Source: Octopus sinensis
Taxonomy: Eukaryota
Assembly (NCBI RefSeq): GCF_006345805.1
Contig: NC_043000.1
Coordinates: 868,001 to 932,000, forward strand
Length of the DNA: 64,000 bases
Reading direction: 5' to 3'
The notes beneath the pieces were generated by a model. It had not been told where the DNA came from. It saw nothing but the letters and a program-made list of their open reading frames with translations, and did not search any database. The position numbers and the translations under genes were made by a program. Positions 37,058-49,730 of this stretch are shown here, in pieces (positions within the stretch are counted from its first letter, which is position 1; each line of letters opens with the position of its first letter).

Positions 37058-37123
37058 CTAGCTGAAGGTGACCCGCTCTACGCGCGGGTAAGAGTGTGGT
37101 ATATATATATAAATGTATACAAT

Positions 37124-37179
<56 letters not shown>

Positions 37180-38057
37180 CAGATATATGCACTTTGTATA
37201 TATAAAAATTATTATATATACATATTTATATATAGATACACACACACATATATAAATTAACCCAATAAATATCTGATTCATAATATATGTTGTCATGATT
37301 GAGTGGTCGTTGTGGCGATGATAATTCTCTCTATGAATGCAGACAGACGTAGAAAGTGAGAGTGTGTGAAAGCGCTGTGGAAGGCAGGGAGGGGGGATAA
37401 CGGACGCTGTGAAACGACGTTATAAAGAGAAAGTGAATGTAAGGGAGGTAGACGCTGTGAAACGACGTTATAGATAGAAAGTGAAAGGAAGGGAGAAAAG
37501 TGAGTGAGTGATGGAGGAAGACAGATACATAAAAGAATGAGAGTGTTGGATGTTTTGTTTGTTGGACCAATGTATTAAGGTAGTATTGTTTTATTGTTTT
37601 AAAACGAAAGAGGCAATGTGTTTGTTTCAAAAATTAAAAAATCTGTTATAATGAATGAAATTAGAATTCACACCCAGCTTAGTTTTGTAGAAAGAGTATC
37701 ACGATGTGAACTCATGAGTTGGAAGTTTGACTGAGAGAGTTTATATGGTGACACATGCCAGTCCTTTCGACACCACCTAAACAATGGAATAGTGTATAAA
37801 ATGTAATTAACAACTCATTCACTTTATGAATGTCTTATGTTAGCGAAGAAACAATAACTTGACAAAACCGTTTAATGGAGACGTAGAAGGAATTGGAAAA
37901 TGAGGAATAAAGAGAATGAGTTGGATCAAATGTTTGCAAACATCTGAACCCAATGTTCTTTATGAACCATGTTCTTTTTAATGTCTTTATTTTCAAGAAT
38001 GAAGAGATAATGAAGAGGTGCAAAATAAAAAATCAAGCAAAATTCCATGACTTACAA

Positions 38058-39458
38058 TCAGTTTTCTTTTGTCAGAGCCTCCTGATAAACCACGTTCCTT
38101 GTGCGCTCATGATTGCCAAGAATGAAGAGTTTATGTGGATTTCCAACTCGAGAACAGGCTACGTACAATTGACCATGACTGAAAACCGGTTGTGACAGGT
38201 TAATGCCTACAATGTCCAGTGATTGTCCCTGTGACTTGTTGATTGTCATCGCGAAGCATAGTTTTATCGGAAATTGAAAGCGTTTAAACTGAATAGGAAC
38301 ATCAGAGGGTGAAATACTCATTTTATGTATCATTTTGATTGTTCCTACAAATGGTCCACTCAAAATTTCAGCAGTTATAACATGGCATTGAATCCTCCTA
38401 ATAACCATTCGGGTTCCATTGCATATTTCAGGCGTTTCCATATTTCTGAGCACTATGATTGGGGCACCAACTTTCAAACACAAATGATGAGGTGGAAGTC
38501 CCGGAGGTGTTAGCTTGTTGAGTAGCTCGGGTGGATATTTGACTGTATCATTCTCATCTTTATTTGTATCGATGGACATGAAAGAAACTATCTCACCAGG
38601 ATTCATATCAAGTACTTGTTTATTTGTAGCATGAGCTGTTGTATTATGAGGCGATAGAATAGCTCTTGCCCTTAGCCAATCGAGATCCTGGAAGTTGGTT
38701 TCGACGTCAGGTAAAACGGCTCTTATAAGTTCTTCTACATTTGGAACGAAATTCCCAAAAGGCAACCGAATATGCTCATCATCAACGAAAGGCAAAACTC
38801 CATCACCAAGATCTAATAGGTGTTTTGCGAAAGCCTCAGACTCCACATCACTATGTAGGTGGACTCTCATGTTTGTTTGAAGATGGCGACTGATAACACT
38901 GTGCCACACAAAAGAATGCTTTATACATGCATTAACCTCATCGGCTCTAGTGCCTGCTCGGACAACAGGAAGAGTTTGTCGAAAATCTCCTGCCATGAGA
39001 AACGTAGCTCCACCCATTATTTTTGTATTGTGACGCAAATCTTGGAGAGTTCTGTCAAGAGCCTCAAACATGGCCTTATTACTCATTGTAGCCTCATCCC
39101 AAATAAAAAGACTGCATTCACGAAGAAGTCTTGCTCTTGAGGAACTACGATCTATATTACATATAGGATTATCTTTCTTTCCAATGTCCATGGGCAATTT
39201 GAATGCACTATGTGCCGTACGGCCGCCTTGAAGCAGTGTCGCTGCAATACCACTTGAGGCACATGCAATGGCAATTCGACGTTCAGCGCACAGCTTTGCG
39301 AGAATCAAATTGATAACGAAAGTTTTACCAGTACCACCTGGAGCATTCAAAAAGAAAAGCTTTCCTTGGTTCAATCTAACGCTGTCAATAATTTCATTAT
39401 AAATCTCTGTTTGTTCAGGCAAAAGTCTTGGTTCATCTCGCGTAATTGTTTCCGTCAA
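38058..39458 (-). CDS. Helitron PIF1-family helicase domain (466 aa ORF)
   Basis: GGTGKT, IWDEATM, GDFRQTLP, FAMTINKSQGQSL, FSHGQLYVACSRV. Confidence 0.93.
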   Translation of the reverse strand: MTETITRDEPRLLPEQTEIYNEIIDSVRLNQGKLFFLNAPGGTGKTFVINLILAKLCAERRIAIACASSGIAATLLQGGRTAHSAFKLPMDIGKKDNPICNIDRSSSRARLLRECSLFIWDEATMSNKAMFEALDRTLQDLRHNTKIMGGATFLMAGDFRQTLPVVRAGTRADEVNACIKHSFVWHSVISRHLQTNMRVHLHSDVESEAFAKHLLDLGDGVLPFVDDEHIRLPFGNFVPNVEELIRAVLPDVETNFQDLDWLRARAILSPHNTTAHATNKQVLDMNPGEIVSFMSIDTNKDENDTVKYPPELLNKLTPPGLPPHHLCLKVGAPIIVLRNMETPEICNGTRMVIRRIQCHVITAEILSGPFVGTIKMIHKMSISPSDVPIQFKRFQFPIKLCFAMTINKSQGQSLDIVGINLSQPVFSHGQLYVACSRVGNPHKLFILGNHERTRNVVYQEALTKEN

Positions 39459-40540
39459 TTCGGCAATGTTGTAGTTTTTTCTGACATGTATTCAACATCC
39501 AAAGGCGCTTCATGATGGACAGGTGTTGGCAGATGGAATTCACTTAAACCGCGTATAACATAGCGTCTGATGTGTCTGTCCATGTCGATTAATGCCTCAT
39601 TATAAACGTCGTTGCCATCACGTAGCGCTAAATTAGCCTGTATGTCCTTTGATAGGCTCTGTCTGAACGATTCCCAAAGGTTAAGAGGGTTGCTGGGATT
39701 ACAGTGGATTAATATGCTACAAAACAATCGACGCATTTGCCATGGTAGTTTACAATTTGAGGCCTCTGCTAATGTCCTGTGTAAGTGGTCGTCATTGAGA
39801 AGAAGTCCGCGCCTCAAACATGCTTTCCTGTAAGTGGCGCAGATGATACCATCAACCGTGCGAAGATCAGCAAAAGACTTCGGTCCAGTAACTACATGAA
39901 GTAGCATTCTCAAAAAGATTTCCTGTTTGGTAGGATGAATATTATACACACGCCCAATGACGTTCTTCCTAGAAACACCGGGCCAATTGTCAAGTTCTGT
40001 TCCATGTGACCTGCGCAGCCTATTATTGTTGTTGTATGTGTAATATTCCGGTACTTCAGGGTAAATGAGAGTAGCAGCAAACTCATCAACTGAACACAAT
40101 TTTAAAAATGCTGTAAGCGTAGTCCCTTTTGGATTTTCAATGACTTGACGTGCATTTTTCTCTGTGAAGTAAACCAGCTGTCTCTTCTGTAAATGAACAT
40201 TCAGGTGGAAAACTGATGGTGAGCTTAGATGAATCTCGTATCCAAAAATGCGCCACGCTGCATAATTGGAGGATACATACCTACCCAAAACGAATTGTTT
40301 AATTTCGTCATGTCTAAGGTCTTCATCACTGAACACAAACACGGCCATATCATCGCCCTTATTAATGTACTTGCAGAGGTATTGTATGCATCTCACCGAA
40401 CTGCAGTACTCAACATTAATGTGTGCATTAAATGTTTTGGAAAGCAAAGGGTTGAATGGAACGATCCAGGCATTATCAACATCGAATGTTTTTAGCCGTT
40501 GTTTAATTGTAGCTGTGCGGCCACCCAAACCTGGGTCACA
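39455..40540 (-). pseudogene. Helitron Rep C-terminal portion, frameshifted relative to the helicase; HUH catalytic region absent
   Basis: VDNAWIVPFNP..HINVEYC..YLCKYINKG.D..GRYVSS..A.WRIF; frame change near 39480. Confidence 0.85.
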
Positions 40541-40747
40541 TATATGAAAGAGAGGACGGGAAAATGAAATATTTTGCAATGTAAACATGATTTGTTTTAA
40601 GAGAAAGATTGTCATGATTGTGTGTTGGTGGTGGCGATGATAATTATCATTAGGAAAAACACAAGTTGTGGCGATGATAATTCTAGACCCCTTTTCACAT
40701 TTTGATGAAGAGAACCCGATTTCATTCGGGTCTAATGGGGCCACATA

Positions 40748-40779
<32 letters not shown>

Positions 40780-40870
40780 CACTGTAGAAATTAAATTAGA
40801 TATCAAACCACTAATAGGGAAATGAAACAGTAAAAAAACAAAAACATAAAAAATAAAAATATAATATTAG

Positions 40871-40933
<63 letters not shown>

Positions 40934-41004
40934 GACAGGTAGACAATAGAATGCGATGGCGATGGCGATGTCGATGTAATATTTGTTTCTGTCTATGAAC
41001 GCTG

Positions 41005-42632
41005 GTTATCATGGGATAATACATGTAATGCACCATATAACATAACGTGGAAGCGCGTGGCTTAGTGGTTAGGGTGTCAGCATCATGATCGTAATTTTGT
41101 TGTTTCGATTCCTGGACCGGGCGACGCGTTGTGTTATTGCGCAAAACACTTCATTTCACGTTGATCCAGTCGACTCAGCTGGCAAAAATGAATAACGCTG
41201 CGAAGGGCCGTCCAGCTGGGGAACACATACGCCATAGAAACCGGGAAACCGGGCCCATGAGTAAAATGTATGGGAAGCTAAGAGATAAGAGTGAGTGAAA
41301 ATGTTCTTGGAAGAGAGTAAATAGCGAGAGAGTGATTTGAGGAAGACTTTACATTAAATAACCGTAGTGGCTTGTCATATGAAGAGGAGTGAGAGGGTAC
41401 TGGAGGAAATAGGGTGAGTGAGGAAGATGGCCCCTAGCAACCACACCTTTTAAGATAGGGATTTCTAAGGTAGCCCACGAGCATCGTCACCTCATTCTAC
41501 ATGTCCCTGTAAATTTTGGAGCGAATCGGACGGGATGTAGTGGCATTGAAAGCGATCCAAGTGGTAAAAACGCATTTCAGTTTTATATATAGAGATATTA
41601 TTATGTTGAATAAAAATTAAATAATTTTTTTTTAATTCTGGAAAATATATAGTATAAATATTTGACATAAACATAAGTAACTGAAAAATATCAATTTAAG
41701 AACAAGAAAAATATCAATTTATAAATGATAAGAGATTAATAAGGTAAGCATACCAAAATAAGAAAACAAAATAAGAATTTATAAGTTCCTTTATTGGCCA
41801 CACAGGGCTGCACACAGATGGGACAGGTTACAAGGTAGAGCTTTTCTTTTGGGGAATGAAAAAAACCAAAAACAAAAAACAAAAGAAACAAAAAAAAGGT
41901 GGCGTAGGTTTTCGATCAAAAGGAATCGTAAAAGGAAAAAAACCAGCAAAAAAGAAAATTAAAAAAAAGAAAAAAAGGAAAAAAAGGAAAAAGAACAAAA
42001 GAAAAGAGAAATGAAAAAAAAGAAGAATTTATAGAAAAGAAGAAATACATATAAAATACATATAAAGAGACAGGGGATTGAATTTAAAGGCAGGGAAAGA
42101 TAAAGGTAACATTAAAAAGGAAGTTAATAGATATGGAAGTAATGACGGCAGTTAAAGGTATTCCAACCGAATAGGTTTTATAAGTTGTAATATTACAAAT
42201 GTTATTGTATGTATGATTGTATAGTTCCTAGAGGGTATAAGATTTAGTGAAAGAAGACTTGCTATCACAAACTCACAACAAATATACATAATATGGCTAT
42301 TAGGGTAGAAATTCACAGAAGGAAAAAACAGGGTAATCATCAAAATAGGATGAAGTTAAACTAACTAGACATGGAGTTATCATGGGATAATACATGTAAT
42401 GCACCATATAACATAACGTGGAAGCGCGTGGCTTAGTGGTTAGGGTGTCAGCATCATGATCGTAATTTTGTTGTTTCGATTCCTGGACCGGGCGACGCGT
42501 TGTGTTCTTGCGCAAAACACTTCATTTCACGTTGATCCAGTCGACTCAGCTGGCAAAAATGAATAACGCTGCGAAGGGCCGTCCAGCTGGGGAACACATA
42601 CGCCATAGAAACCGGGAAACCGGGCCCATGAG
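41005..42632 (+). repeat. 257-bp direct repeat (41005-41261 and 42376-42632) including a family D SINE and its flank
   Basis: Near-identical text including ~40 bp of non-SINE flank. Confidence 0.9.
41784..42010 (-). mobile_element. Copy of the GATA-associated 3'-end family, here without GATA flanks
   Basis: ctttattggccacacagggctgcacacagatgggac...gagcttttctttt. Confidence 0.75.
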
Positions 42633-42827
42633 CCTGGCTAGGCTTTGAAAGGGTGTATTTTTTTTTATCTTTACATAACATAACACATAGAGTATAACAT
42701 GTGTAATGTAATACATTATACCATATAACATAATATCCTGTATTTTGTACTAGGGGGTAAGTAATAACGGATACGACACTAAAGTTGATTTCCACCATCA
42801 AATTTCAAGTGTGATAACTGTAAATTT

Positions 42828-44934
42828 AATCAAACATTTTCATCAAACATTTTCATCAAACATTTATCATGAAACAATTTCATCAAACATTTTCATCAAA
42901 CATTTTCATCAAAAATTTTCATCAAACATTTTCAAATATTTTCATCAAACATTCGCTTCAAACAATTTCATCAAATATTTTTCATCAAACATTTATCATC
43001 AAACAATTTCATCAAACATTTATCATCAAACATTTTCATCAAATATTTTAATTAAACAATTTCATCAAACATTTTCATCAGACATTTTCATCAAAAATTT
43101 TCATCAAATATTTTCATCAAATATTTTCATCAAACATTTTCAAATATATTCATCAAACATACTCCTCAAACAATTTCATCAAACATTTTTCATCAAAAAT
43201 TTATCATGAAACAATTTCATCAAACATTTTCATCAAACATTTTAATCAAATATTTTCATCAAACATTTTTCCTCAAACATTTATCATGAAACAATTTCAT
43301 CAAACATTTTCATCAAACATTTTCATCAAACATTTTCAAATATTTCCATCAAACATTCTCCTCAAACAATTTCTTCAAGCATTTTTCATCAAACATTTAT
43401 CATCAAACATTTTCATCAAATATTTTAATCAAACATTTTCATCAAACACTTTCATTAACCGATTTCATCAAACATTTTCATCAGACATTTTCATCAAACA
43501 TTTTCATCAAATATTTTCATCAAACATTTTTCATCAAACATTTATCATGAAACAATTTCATGAAAAAATTTCATCAAACATTTTCATCAAACATTTATCA
43601 AACATTTTCATCAAATATTTTCATCAAACATTTTCAAATATTTTCATGAACCATTCTCCTCAAACATTTTCATCAAGCATTTTCAAATATTTCCATCAAA
43701 CATTCTCCTCAAACATTTTCATCAAACATTTTCATCAAACATTTTCATCAGACATTTTCATCAAATAATTTCATCAAGCATATTCATCAATCATTTTCAT
43801 CAATCATTTTCATCAAACATGTTCATCAAACATTTTTTATCGAACATTTTCATCAAACATTTAACATTAAACATTTTCATCAAACATTTTCATCTAACAT
43901 TTTCATCAAACATTTTCAGACATTTTCATCAAACATTTTCATCAACATTTTCATCAAACATTTTCATCAAACATTTTTTCAAACATTTTCATCAGACATT
44001 TTTTATCAAACATTTTATCAAACATTCATCATGAAATATTTTCATGAAACATTTTCATCAAACATTTTTCATCAAACATTTTTATCAAACATTCATCATG
44101 AAACATTTTCATGAATCGTTTTTCATCAAACATTTTCATCAAACATTTTCAGACATTTTCATCAAACATTTTTATCAAACATTTTCATCAGTCATTTTCA
44201 TCAAACATTTTCATCAAACATTTTCATCAAACATTTTTTCAACAGACATTTTCATCAAACATTTTTCATCAGACATTTTTATCAAACATTTATCATGAAA
44301 CATTTTCATCAAAAACTTTCATCAAACATTTTCATCAAACATTTTCAGACATTTTCATCAAGCATTTTAATCAGACATTTTCAGAAATTTTCATCAAACA
44401 TTTATCATGAAACATTTTCATCAAACATTTCCATCAAACATTTTCATCAGACATTTTCATCAGACATTTTTATCAAACATTTTCAGACATTTTCATCAGA
44501 CATTTTCATCAAACATTTTCATCAAACATATTCATCAATCATTTTCATCAAACATTTTTTCACACATTTTCAACCTTTATCATGAAACATTTTTATCAAA
44601 CGTTTTCATCAGACATTATCATCAAACATTTTTATCAAATATTTTCATCAAACATTTTCATCAAACATTTTTCATCAAATATTTTCATCAAACATTTTCA
44701 TCAACTATTTTCATCAAACATTCTCCTGAAACAATTTCATCAAAGTTTTCATCCAACATTTATCAGACATTTTCATGAAACATTTTTCATCAAACATTTT
44801 CATCAAACATTTTCATCAAACATTTTTCATCAAACATTTTCATCAAACATTTTCATCAAATATTTTTATCAAACATTTTTATCAAACATATTCATCAAAC
44901 ATTTTCATCAAGCATTTTCATCAAACATTTTTCA
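42828..44934. repeat. ~2.1-kb degenerate minisatellite, ~13-bp unit TTTTCATCAAACA
   Basis: Direct reading; the many FIKHFHQTFSSN ORFs are artefacts. Confidence 0.97.
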
Positions 44935-45212
44935 GCTGTATTAAACGCGGATGTACAGTACATTAAATCAGCTAATGAAATGGCAAAAGGAGGGTACTGC
45001 AGATCTAATCTCAACCGTCTGGAGAATGATTGTTCCAAGGACCGTCGTCTGTTTCATAGAAACTCATTAACTTTTGGATTTAGCAAATTCTAACATTGTA
45101 CTACGTAGTGATCCTTTTGTTATCCCTCCTAAAATTTGGATGGCGTGTGTCTATGATATTTAATGTAAATTACTGACGAGACAGCAGCATTAACTTTTCA
45201 TAATAAAACTTA

Positions 45213-45579
45213 CTAGCAGTATCGTCCGGCGTTGCTCGGGTTTGTTTCGACCGTTTAGAATTGGAATTTTTGAAAAGTAAAAATTTTGCATTAAGTGAAC
45301 ATTTTTCTGGCTGAAATACACCGAAAAATGGTGACACAGCAGTCAAAAAATCGTAAAAAATAGGGATTTTTATAGAAAAAAAAGCACCTTTTTGATGTAA
45401 ATAATTTTTGGTGTTAACATGGTCCGATTTGAATTTTTCTTCTACGGATGGGAGAGCAAGCCTTCTATCATACTCTCAATTTTGGTCAACTTGCGCGGCA
45501 GGCTCTCGGAGGAGATAGTGTTAGTTGAAGGCTACCAAACCTGACATACGCAGACAACTTCAGCTTATATAGAGAGAGA
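45213..45579 (-). mobile_element. Non-autonomous Helitron (related 3' end, different body)
   Basis: A|TC 5' end; cccgagcaacgccggacgatactgCTAG|T 3' end. Confidence 0.85.
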
Positions 45580-45879
45580 TTATGGTTTATTACCTATTAC
45601 TACGTTCGTAAATTAATTAAATATATTGTTTTAGTTACATAACACAGTTGCAGTCGTCTTTCACATTTACTACATGACCTCACTGAAAAGAGTAACAATT
45701 TATTAATTTTCATCAGCAATTGAATAATCTGTATTTTATAGACACAGTGAAATTGCATTTATAACAACTGTTGTTAAGCTTCCCATATGCGTATCTACTA
45801 AACTGACGTGAATATTAGGTACATTTTCAGTTGTTCTGTATGTAAAGTACCAACGTGTCTGTAGTGTTTGTATTTCGTT

Positions 45880-46345
45880 GTTGTGTGGTAAGTAGCTTGC
45901 TTATGAACCACGTGGTTCCGGGTTCATTTCCACTCCGTAGCACCTTGGGCAAGTGTCTTCTACTATAGCCTCGGGCCGACCAAAGCCTTGTGAGTGGATT
46001 TGGTAGACGGAAACTGAAAGAAGCCCGTCGTATATATGTATATATATATATATAATATTAGTTATCGCCATACTAATATGGCATTCTTATAAAAATAAGA
46101 ATAAAGCTGTCCGCTTATTAGCTCCATGGGGCCATCGCCTTAAGTTAGCTATTTGATACACAAACTGTATCCATATAACCTTTGTATCAAATAGCTAACT
46201 TAAGGCGATGGCTTCATGGAGCTAATAAGCGGACAGCTTTATTCTTATTTTTATAAGAATGCCATATTAGTATGGCGATAACTAATATTTTCCGGGAACG
46301 CTGCCGTTGTTCTCTTTTAGAGAGACTTAGTAATTTTAATATTTC

Positions 46346-46403
<58 letters not shown>

Positions 46404-46424
46404 TGTGTGTGTGTGTGTGGTGTG

Positions 46425-46455
<31 letters not shown>

Positions 46456-46459
46456 TGTG

Positions 46460-46494
<35 letters not shown>

Positions 46495-46695
46495 CTATGT
46501 TTGTTCCCCCAGCATCGCTTGACAACCGATGCTTGTGTGTATACGTCCCGTAACTTAGCGGTTCGGCAAAAGAGACCGATAGAATAAGTACCAGGCTTCC
46601 AAAGAATAAGTCCTGGGGTCGATTTGCTCGACTAAAGGTTGTGCTCCAGCATGGCCGCAGTCAAGTGACTGAAACAAGTAAAAGGGTAAAAGAGT
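45880..46695 (+). mobile_element. Family C SINE interrupted in its internal (TA)n by a palindrome
   Basis: Head 45880-46045; body resumes at ~46490. Confidence 0.85.
46054..46289. repeat. Near-perfect palindrome (~107-bp arms, 22-nt loop) homologous to 58076-58275
   Basis: tagttatcgccatactaatatggcattctt..aagaataaagctgtc shared. Confidence 0.92.
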
Positions 46696-46794
46696 AAAAG
46701 CTAGGGTGGGTGATACCCAAATACTTTTAGTCATTACTGCGTTCATAAAATAATTAGGTAATTATTATTGGAATGCTGATGAAGATTAACAAAT

Positions 46795-46960
46795 AGGCGC
46801 AGGAGTGGCTGTGTGGTAAGTAGCTTGTTTACCAACCACATGGATCCGGGTTCAGTCCCACTGCGTGGCACCTTGGGCAAGTGTCTTCTACTATAGCCTC
46901 GGGCCGACCAAAGCCTTGTGAGTGGATTTGGTAGACGGAAACTGAAAGAAGCCCGTCGTA

Positions 46961-47002
<42 letters not shown>

Positions 47003-47245
47003 TATATATATATATATATATGCGTGTGTGTGTTTGTGTGTCTGTGTTTGTTCCCCTAGCATTGCTTGACAACCGATGCTGGTGTGTTTACGTCCCCGTT
47101 ACTTAGCGGTTCGGCAAAACAGACCGATAGAATAAGTACTGGGCTTACAAAAAAGAATAAGTCCCAGGGTCGAGTTGCTCGATTAAAGGCGGTGCTCCAG
47201 CATGGCCGCAGTGAAATGACTGAAACAAATAAAAGAGTCAAAGAG
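46795..47245 (+). mobile_element. Full family C SINE
   Basis: ggcgcaggagtggctgtgtggtaag head to gactgaaacaaataaaagag tail. Confidence 0.9.
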
Positions 47246-47494
47246 TCAAATGAGTAACACTGTTTGTTTACCGAATGAAAGCACGTGGCCTGGCAGTTAG
47301 GGTGTTATACTCACGATCGCTAGATTGTGGATTCGATTCCCCGACCGGGCGGCGCCTTGTGTTCTTGAGCAAAACACTTGCTCCCCGCTTTTGTAAGTGA
47401 GGGATTGTTGGCCTGCTCGCCTAACCAGCGGTGTGGCTTCATGTGAAGGCTAAAACGATGCAAAGTGCATTGTGACTGGCAATATGTAACAATA

Positions 47495-47790
47495 TGAAGG
47501 CCCACAGCTCTTCAATATCCTCCCGAAGAACCTAAGAGACCTGCATGGGGTGGATGCAGATGTCTTTAAAATGAAACTGGATCCCTTCTTGTCAGGTATC
47601 CCAGATGAACCAACTTCACGGTAGGAGGTGCAGATGAGGGCAGCTGCATCGAACTCTCTCATGCACCAAATGGCAGTTGCTAAAAAGCATTCGTGAAGTA
47701 AAACCATGTAGCAACACCAAATGGCGGTGCCCCAGCATGGCCACAGCTCATGAGCTGAAACTAGAATCAATCAATCAATCAATCAATCAA
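47495..47790 (+). mobile_element. 3' end of a CR1-like LINE with (AATC)n tail
   Basis: GPQLFNILPKNLRDL...FKMKLD.FL..IPDEP...RAAASNSLMHQ; tail ggtgccccagcatggccacagc...ctgaaac. Confidence 0.8.
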
Positions 47791-48231
47791 TCTGATTGTC
47801 TGAGTAGTCATGTGGTTAGGTTATTTAATAAATATGATGGACATCTACAGCTGTCTCAGGTATCTAGTAGAACTTAATTAAATTTATTTAATCAATTTGC
47901 GAGCGCAGTAGTAGTAAAATTCCTAGCGCATACACCATACTAACTATTAGCATGATATTCCAGAAATTCTTTGCATCTACTACATACCCGTGTGTTGCTA
48001 CCTGCATTTCCTACTCAGCTGAATGATAATTGCTCAGAAAAGATTGTAGATATTCGTTTTTCTCAAATTGTGGAATTTTTTCTAAAAGCAAATGATGGGT
48101 TGTTTGAATTAATGCGTTTATGTAAAAAAAAAAAAAAAAGAAATCGAGGCGTTTGGTTAACTGTAAGCCTGGAATCTTTTGTTGTTATCATAAAATGTTA
48201 ACGGTTAATAAATTGACTGTTTTGAGATATC

Positions 48232-48830
48232 TATTTCTTTATTGCCCACAAGGGGCTAAACAGAGGGGGGGGCAAACAAGGACAGACAAACGGATTAAGT
48301 CGATTACATTGACCCTAGTGCGTAACTGGTACTTATTTTCAATCGACCCCGAAAGGATGAAAGGCAAAGTCGACCTCGGCGGAATTTGAACTCAGAACGT
48401 AACGGCAGATGAAATACGGTTACGCATTTCGCCCGGCGTGCTAACGTTTCTGCCAGCTCGCCACCCTCTGTTTTGAGATACCACTTGTTGTTGTTTGTTA
48501 AAGTTCATATCGTTTAACAGATGGACGTAAACTATAGCTTGAGAGATAGTGGTAACTAACTACAAGACGATATAGCACAGAAAAAATAACTGCAGCTCAT
48601 CTGTCTACGCGGTTGAGAGAACAACAGCAACAGGTGGAGGTGCAATGGCCCTGTGGTTAAGGCAACGGACTCGCGGTCGTAAGGACGCGGCTTCGATTCC
48701 CAGACTGGACATTGTGAGTGTTTATTGAGCAAAAACACCTAAGCTCCACGAGGCTCCGGCGGGGGTAGTGGTGAACCACGCTGTATTCTTTCACCACAGC
48801 TTTCTCACTCTTTCTTCCTACTTCTGCTAC
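48232..48830. mobile_element. SINE A (-, 48232-48465) and SINE B head (+, 48635-48830)
   Basis: Similarity to other copies. Confidence 0.85.
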
Positions 48831-49397
48831 AAAGCAGAGGAACCATGGTGTAACCCACTATGGTGTGGTAAACTTTCAGACCCTAGTCTAGATTGCGAAT
48901 CCTCTCTACCCCAGGATGGTTCAGCTCTCCACCCGTTAAAATCCACCGTTTACGGAATGAGGATAACAACGTAGCTTTTGCGCCCGTGCAACCGCCAGTC
49001 TATCGCGTGTGGTGGGTGGATCTTCAAGTTGCCGCACGCATTCTTAGTAGCTTAGTGTAGGCTCGAATTAGAGATTATTCTTTGTGGCTAATAGCGTGAG
49101 TCCTGATTGGAAGAAGAAGAAAACAACAGCAACAATAAAAACAACTTTAACTACAACACGAACAACAACAGTATATTGTTTAACACAGTTGTCAAAACTT
49201 TCAGAGTATATTTTTTTGTGCATAAAAGCAAAATAAATGCATTGTTCATAGTTAAAAATACAGTTAAGTTATAACAATTTATTTCAATATCCAATATTTT
49301 CTGCAAAATCATATGTTATAAGAGTTATTCAGAGAGAAAATAAATCATGTTTCCAAGAGGTTAATGAAGATGGTGTCATGTTATCAGGTTCCAAATT

Positions 49398-49648
49398 TTA
49401 ATTAGCAGAATTAGTTTCTGACTTCTCTTCGGTAAAATATCGTTTCGATTTCAAGCCAATTACAGCTGCTAAAAATTTTAATAAAAAGGCCAAGCTGTTT
49501 AGTCCACATTGTAATAGAAAAAATCGATAACGAAATGTGTCCATATCATATTCCTTACAGGCACCCTTCTGGTCACAGGCAAATTTGGACCATGTTTTAC
49601 ACGAGGAGTCAACGACATAGCCAAATGCTGGTGGCGCTGGAAGCCAAC
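49398..49648 (-). CDS. SLCO: SLCO/OATP organic anion transporter, last coding exon
   Basis: GWLPAPPAFGYVVDSSCKTW...C...GAC..YD...FRY; acceptor ttctatttctag; stop TAA. Confidence 0.9.
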
Positions 49649-49730
49649 CTAGAAATAGAAGAAAACAAATTTTGTGATAAATATTTAAACTTGATTCAAC
49701 CACCATCCCTTTTTCGAAGTCGCTCTAAAC

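Larger units (their letters stand above)
37058..40745 (-). mobile_element. Helitron with truncated Rep and intact helicase
   Basis: 3' hairpin ACCCGC-gcgtaga-GCGGGT followed by CTAG at 37058-37061; Rep/Hel ORFs; 5' end not clearly identified. Confidence 0.85.

Noticed and set aside
42811-44966. Stacked FIKHFHQTFSSN ORFs suggesting a repetitive protein
   Set aside because: The satellite unit lacks stops on +; frames shift constantly.
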